Shown here piece by piece: positions 56,045-64,000 of a DNA stretch of 64,000 nt. The notes under the pieces were generated by a model, which saw nothing but the letters and a program-made list of their open reading frames with translations, was not told the origin of the DNA and made no database searches. Origin of the DNA: the human T2T-CHM13v2.0 reference genome, Homo sapiens; assembly GCF_009914755.1 (NCBI RefSeq), contig NC_060925.1, one strand, 5' to 3'. How positions within the stretch are numbered: position 1 is the stretch's first letter; each line of letters starts with the position of its first letter. A program made the translations under genes and the position numbers.

Positions 56045-57063
56045 CACTTCAAATACAAGGATAATCTGGGCTGTGGGAACACAGGACAGTACTGGAGAAC
56101 TACAATGATTCCCTTAACCCTAGGGGAGAGATTTCTTAATTCTTATAATGTGGTGCAAATGCTCATGTGGAGACATTTATAGGGATTGAATTTAACATCG
56201 TTGAGTTGGTTTGTGGTACTGCTGATGTTATTAATCTTAGTCTAGCTCTCAATAATACGCAGGGACCTAAAAGGGGCCACCATGTCTCTATAATCATTGT
56301 CTCTTTTTAATATAAACTTTCTACGTCATTAGAGGATACTGTTGTCCAAGGGGATAGTAAATGTCTATGGAACTTAAAAATTATTACAAGTAAGTTCAAA
56401 TTATCAGGTAAATGTAGCTTGGTTAATAGTATCCAATTAAAGCAAATATATTAGGTTTTGCTGTTAATATAAAGTAAAATGGAAACTGGAATAAATGAAG
56501 GACACCGAGAATACATTTTTAAGATAAACTTTTCTATGACCGTATGTAGTTGGTTTGTATATATATACAATGGTGTGCATATATGAAATTGCTTTTTACA
56601 TTTAAAAAAGCCTCCCAATGGTTTATCTATTATGGCTAAGATGGAAGATAGATGTTATAACTATCTATAAATAGTTATAACATAACTAATTATGGAATGT
56701 ACGCATAAAATATGCATATCTTTGTAATGTGTTGACCTTGGAATTTAAATTCTACAGATTTTTGTTTTGTAACAAAAGATATTATGTTTTATAACATAAA
56801 ATCTGCTCAAAAGGTTTATATAACTTTGAAAATTACAAGATTTCTGCTTTTTGCATTTTATAAGAACTATATTATATAAAAGAGTTTTAACAGAAGATTG
56901 AATTTGTTCCTAATGTACAATCACAATTAATTTGCCTTCGAAGGAAAATGTGAGTTGAGGAAGATTCTTTTCTAAAAAGATAAGCTTTTAATGTCCTCTT
57001 CAACTGACTAAAAGTAGTACAGTAACTATGAATACTTAATAATTGTTTAAAAATAAATAAACA

Positions 57064-57416
<353 letters not shown>

Positions 57417-59064
57417 TTACTGATACTTAACAACCAAGACCATTTTAGTGCTAAAAAAAAAATATTGTTTCGTATCACATGTAGCAAGATTGAATTTGGA
57501 TTACAGATTATTTTCATTATCCATTTGCTATTTCAATATTATTCTGTACTTTTTACCCTCCTAACATGGAAGCTGATTCTTTTGCGGGGTATGCAGACAG
57601 CAAGGTTAAATCTATCAAAGAAAATATATTTAATGTATAGGTATATCAATCTTATTGCATATGTAACTTTGTATTGAAAAAATGCAGATTTTTTAAAAGA
57701 TTCCAGAAGCAATAAATATTTCTTTTAAACGTATAAGATGTGAGCATGTTAAAAAAGCTAAAAAAACTATGAATCAATTTCTCCTGACTAGAAACTTGAT
57801 TTGTCACATTTTCCATAAGAAAGTAACCCCTTACAAGGCCCACTTACCCCTAGCTCCAATGGAGATATCGTATTTCTAGCATAATTTGTAATCTCCTAAG
57901 AAATATAAGAAGAAGAATTAGTCTCCAAAATCATATGGAGCTAATACATTTGGTCACATATAAGTTATTCATTTTGTAGTTTACATGATTAGACAGCTTG
58001 TAAAAAAGAGTTAACATAATTGTCATTTGTAATTATGTGGGAGAGCATGAACTCAAAAACTTCAAACTCACTTTATGGTATCAACATCACCAAAACAATG
58101 ATGAAGGGGAAGTCTTTCACAGCCAGACACTGCCCCATCAATCAGCTTGCAGTCAGGAGAAAAATTGACTTTGTCATGATATGTTTCTTAAAGAAAAAGT
58201 AATAAATTTTATACAAATGGCAAGCCTGCAGTGTGGCTAATTTATTCATTATCCACCCTAGAAAAATAATTAAGTCATGCTTTCTTTCCTGGTGCTTCAT
58301 TACAGTTTAGCACACCCTCTTCCCCAACCTTTTTTGGAGCCATCAGTAAGAATGCTTATTAAAATAAATTAGCTGCAAAACTTTTAACTCTGTCTTGAAG
58401 AAAAACGAATCCACTTTTCTAGTGGAAGCAACATTGATTAAATAAACCCAGCTCCATGCAGAGCAGATTAATTCCTTTAGCCACAGTTTCCAACCTTAGA
58501 TGATGTTGTATCTGTATTAGTTTGAACAGTGTGTAATAAGCTGTAAATTTATAATTGGCATTAACCTATTTTAATGTGTCTTTCTTTGTCTCTAATGGGT
58601 ACATTCCTGATTTTAAAAAAGGATAGGTGTGAATTTATGTATTTGTTGTTTGTCATGTATTATTTATTTAATGAACTCAAGTTTTACACGGTCTATATTG
58701 ATTAAACTTCACACAAAAGGACTTCACGGACTTTCTGTTGTAGATCCTGTCTAAATCAAACTTTCTCAGAAAAAGTCGAATAGATGACATTTACAGATTT
58801 TGAGCAAAATGATAGAGACATGTTTTTTTTTAAAAAAAAAAACCCTGATATTCTTTAGTTGCACATGTTGATTGCATTAATATCTATCTAAAAATATATT
58901 TCTACCTTCTTATAATTTTAAAAGAGCAATATGATAGATTATTTGCATACATGACTGCTTGAAATCCCTTTTATACATGCAGGCGACTCTTTCCAATAAG
59001 ACATGAAATGCGTTGCCCAATAGTTATTTAGAAAAAACAATAAACAAAACTCTATTTTTCAAAA

Positions 59065-59806
<742 letters not shown>

Positions 59807-59865
59807 TGATTTCTTGATTAAAATATTAAAAACAAGGAAGAAATACATTATTTTGCTATTACTAA

Positions 59866-60208
<343 letters not shown>

Positions 60209-60619
60209 CTACTTGCTAAAATTATTAATTCCCCCTCTTTCTCTTCCTTCAGCACCCCTCTTTAGATACTAACTGCGTGGTCATTTCTGAATTTCACCAA
60301 TCAGCTTTCTAATTAATTTAATAGCAAGATTTCATACAATTTCTATTTTCAAAATATAAAAATATTATGGGTTATAGTTCTAAGTTCATTGAATTGGGCT
60401 CGTAGGGATCTTCTGAGGAGAAATGTATTTCACAGTAAGGATTATTTGACCATGGAAAACCACATGTGTGCATTTGTTAAGACATACAAGCAATTCAAGC
60501 TGTATATGCACAAAGCCATTGTTTACTTTAGAGCAATGCATCTTATTTGCAATTTTAACCATTGTGCCTTTCTACTTAAAACTTTGTGTTAACTTGATGT
60601 GTATTTGCGACAAGACTGC

Positions 60620-60970
60620 CCTCCAGGTATGGCATGTAAGGCCCTCTTTAATGTGATCCCAGCACACCTCTCTAGTCTCATCTCTTTCCACCCCCCATGC
60701 TATATTCTCTCAGTTTTGATCCAGGTAGACTTGTCACATGTGTGTGTTTCTTTTCTTTTGCTGAATTTCTACTATTTGGCATGCCTCTTCTTTCCTTCTT
60801 TATCTTCCTTTTACTCATGCTTCAGGACTCATTGCAGGCATTGTCTCCTCCCTAACATCAATGCACTCCCCTGATCTGGCTCTCCTTTTGTATATGGAAA
60901 GTATTAAATGTACATCACTACCATAGTACTTATCACAGAGTATTCAAATTATGTGCTTACTTGCCAGCCT
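60620..60970 (+). mobile_element. L2 fragment
   Basis: Pyrimidine-rich L2 motifs. Confidence 0.55.
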
Positions 60971-61024
60971 TTCTTATTTTCACAAAAAAAAAAAAAAAAA
61001 AATTAAAAAATGCGGAAACACAGG

Positions 61025-61403
61025 TGTTATGGTTTAAATGCATCTCCCCAAAAAGCATGTGTTGGAAACTTACTCCTCAATGCAACGATGTTAAGAGGTA
61101 GAACCGTTAAGAGATTATTAGGCCATAAGGACTCTGCCATCATTAATAGATTAAGACCAATATTGCAAGAGTGGTTTTATTATTGTGGGAGCAGTTTCCT
61201 TATAAAAGCACTAGTTTAGCGGCCTTTTCTCTTGCCCTCTCTTTGCCCTTCTGCTACAGGATGACATGGAAAGAAGTCCCTCACAAGATTCTGGTCTCTT
61301 GATAGTGGACTTCCCAGCTTCTAGAATTGTGAGCCAATAAATGTCTGTTTACTATACATTACCCAGTCTGTGGTATTCTAACAGGACAAAACAAACTACA
61401 ACA
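61025..61403 (+). mobile_element. MST (C-like) solo LTR
   Basis: tgttatggtttaaatg..caaaaagcatgtgttggaaac..aataaa. Confidence 0.85.
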
Positions 61404-63109
61404 GCAGCATAAGATGGTTCTATGACCATGTGACAGTAGTCAGATAATAAATTTCTCTAAAGGACAGGTTATCTAATAATTATAATAATTTTCTCTAAAT
61501 GTTCTAGTGGATTTCAAGTAGCATAACTATAATGTTAATGCCATAAACTTGGCAAATTTTAATTCCTAGTCAACTCATTCATTAATGAGTCAGTTTAAAT
61601 ATTAAGTGCTGCTGACACAGTTATTTAGAAAAATAAAAATGCTTCTCTATTTTCCAAAATTATGGATTGAGATACATGTGATCTCTTCGACTTCCCAGTT
61701 TACATTTGTAATGAATTATTGAGAGTTGTTCATTGGAAAACAGAAGCTACTGAAAAACTGATTTCTAAAGATCCAACTATTGAATGTTTACTCTCCTTTA
61801 CTATCCTAAATAGCCATTTCTATAAGTAGGATTTGGTTATACAGTTAAAACTTATCTAGAAAATGTGGGAGATAATTATATAAATAAATTGATATTATTT
61901 GTTCAAGTAGTTTTAACACCGCTATCTGGTTTATGTACTTTCCCACCACCAAAATCAAAGGATTATGGCTATGATGACCTCATCATTTTATAAAGCAACT
62001 GCTCGGAAAATGGTTAGGTTTCCAGATTCTTTTCCTACCCTCACGGTGCTGGGTGACGTCCCCACTGTCTCCCCCCATTCTCAGCTCCTTCATGCCCTTC
62101 TGTGGTGGATAAACTGAGGGCAGTTTCAGAAATTTTTTGACTTACTCCTGAGAGATGGGGATGGGCCATGAGGAGTTTAGAGCAGAAAATGGAGAACAGC
62201 TGACTTCCATTGACCATATTCCTATTGTGATATTCTAGTATGAGACCATGTCCCACACTACAGCCTTGTCATAAGTCCTACCTATGAAGAGTCCTGTCTC
62301 TGTGAGAATTCAAGTCTTTTCTCGCTGAATTATCCAGAAGAGACTCCTATAAACTTTCAGGGAAACTGAAACTAAAAAGTGTACCAGAGACTCCATTTGA
62401 TTTATGTTTCCTGGGAACCTTCAACCTTTATTGACAATATTGAACTTCCTTATAGGGAGATGCATGCTTGGTACTTTGTTTTACAAAACTAAACAATATA
62501 TGATTTAAGGTATTCATGCATGCTAGATAAAAATTAAAAGAAATTCAAGGGGAATGATGAGCACAAAAGTCAGGATAGTAGAAATGTAATCAGGGACACA
62601 AAGAAATGCTAAGGAGTTAATAATTTTCTGTTTTTAAAATCTCGATGGTGAAGATAAAAGCATATTATTATTTTTATTTAAATTATATTTATGTGGCATA
62701 TATCCTTTTATATATTTCACAATAAAAAATTCTATTAGTTATAAATAAAAAGGCATATTTTAAATATGTCTAAGTATTATATTATTAAGCTAGAATATGC
62801 TTTCATAAATGATTAAAACATTAATGAAATATTAGATTGCTAACACTGGCATCTGAATTATATGATGAAAATATAATAATAAATTTATACTTTGTGTTTC
62901 ACTTATTGTGAAGGTGATTGTTAGTTTTCTTTTAAGAATTCACAGTTTGTTAAGGGATCCAGAAAGAAAATAATTCTGAATACTACACAAATCCAGCTTG
63001 GAAAGTAACTTAAATAGAAACTCTGTAGTTCAAAACTGATTTGGCTCTAGAAATAGTTCTATAAAAAGAAGGGTTTTTTTTAACCTTTTTATTTTTATGC
63101 AGGTTTTTT

Positions 63110-64000
63110 TCTAAATAATCTTTTAATTTTAGAATACTTTTAGATTTACAGAAAATCTGTAAATGTAACACAAACAATTCCTATATACCCACACCAGTTT
63201 TCTCATTTTATTAGCATCTTCCTTTAGTACATTTGCCATAAACATGGTACATTTGTCATAAACAATAAACCAACATTACTAAATGATTATAAAGTACATA
63301 CTTTATTAGATTTCCTTAGTGCTATGGTTTGAATGAGTTCCCTCCAAAATTCAGGTGTTGCCAATTTGATAGTATTAACAGGTGGTACCTTTATGGAGCT
63401 ATTAGGCCATAAGGGTTTCTCACTCATGAATGGGATTAGAGCCATTGGTAAAGAAGCTTCACACAGCCCCAGATTCTCTTTTCCTCCTGCCTTGCGCCAT
63501 ATGATGACCCAGTGTTCCTTGCCTCTGGAGGATGTAGCAATAAGGTGCCATCTTGGAAGCAGAGAGCAGCCCTCACCAGACAACTGAGCCTGTTGGCACC
63601 TTGATCTTAAATTTCCCATCCTCCAGTACTGTAAGACATAAATTTCTGTTCTTTATAAATTATCTAGATGTGAATATTCTGTTGTAGCAGCACAAAACAG
63701 AGTACAACACTTAGTTTTTACCTAATTTAATTTTTCTGTTCCAGGATATCACATTACATTTAGTTATCATATCTCCTTAGGCTCCTCTTAACTGTCAGTG
63801 TTTCTCAGACCCTCCTTGTTGTTAGTTACCTTGATAGTTTTGAAGAGTACTGTTAGGTATTTCATAGGATGGCCCTCTATTGGAATTTGTCTGATGTTTT
63901 TCTCATGATTAGACTAGGTTTATGGGTTTTTTTGGAAGAAGCTCTTAAAGATAACATGCCATTCTCATCAATTCATATCAGGGGTACTTATTTATAATGT
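63110..64000 (-). mobile_element. L1MC-type 3' end (interrupted by MST)
   Basis: ttttagatttacagaaaa..; ggatatcacattacatttagtt. Confidence 0.75.
63320..63709 (+). mobile_element. MST (D-like) solo LTR
   Basis: tgctatggtttgaatg..aca; 5-bp TSD cttag. Confidence 0.88.

Overview
This is AT-rich primate (human-like) genomic DNA with no CpG island and no intact protein-coding gene. Much of it is interspersed repeat: Alu, L1PA/L1M, L2, MIR, a complete THE1 element, LTR1, MST/MLT LTRs and MER DNA transposons. Nearly all listed ORFs are repeat-derived or spurious. Two hidden signals stand out. (1) About 25 degraded plus-strand exon-like segments between ~13.2 and ~56.0 kb translate, in colinear order, into the N-terminal motif, several RGS-like helical modules and the C-terminal motif of the RGS22/RGSL1 family. 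This suggests a near-complete disabled multi-exon paralog (unitary pseudogene). (2) A frameshifted relic of a DIRS1-type retrotransposon ORF1/Gag (LAP2alpha domain) lies antisense inside one of its introns (~25.5-26.2 kb). Smaller features include a perfect 214-bp tandem duplication over the fossil first coding exon, an 88-bp duplication inside an L1PA, and a 25-bp templated insertion with a snap-back palindrome. Protein comparisons use reference sequences recalled from memory and need confirmation by search. Repeat subfamily calls are by eye.
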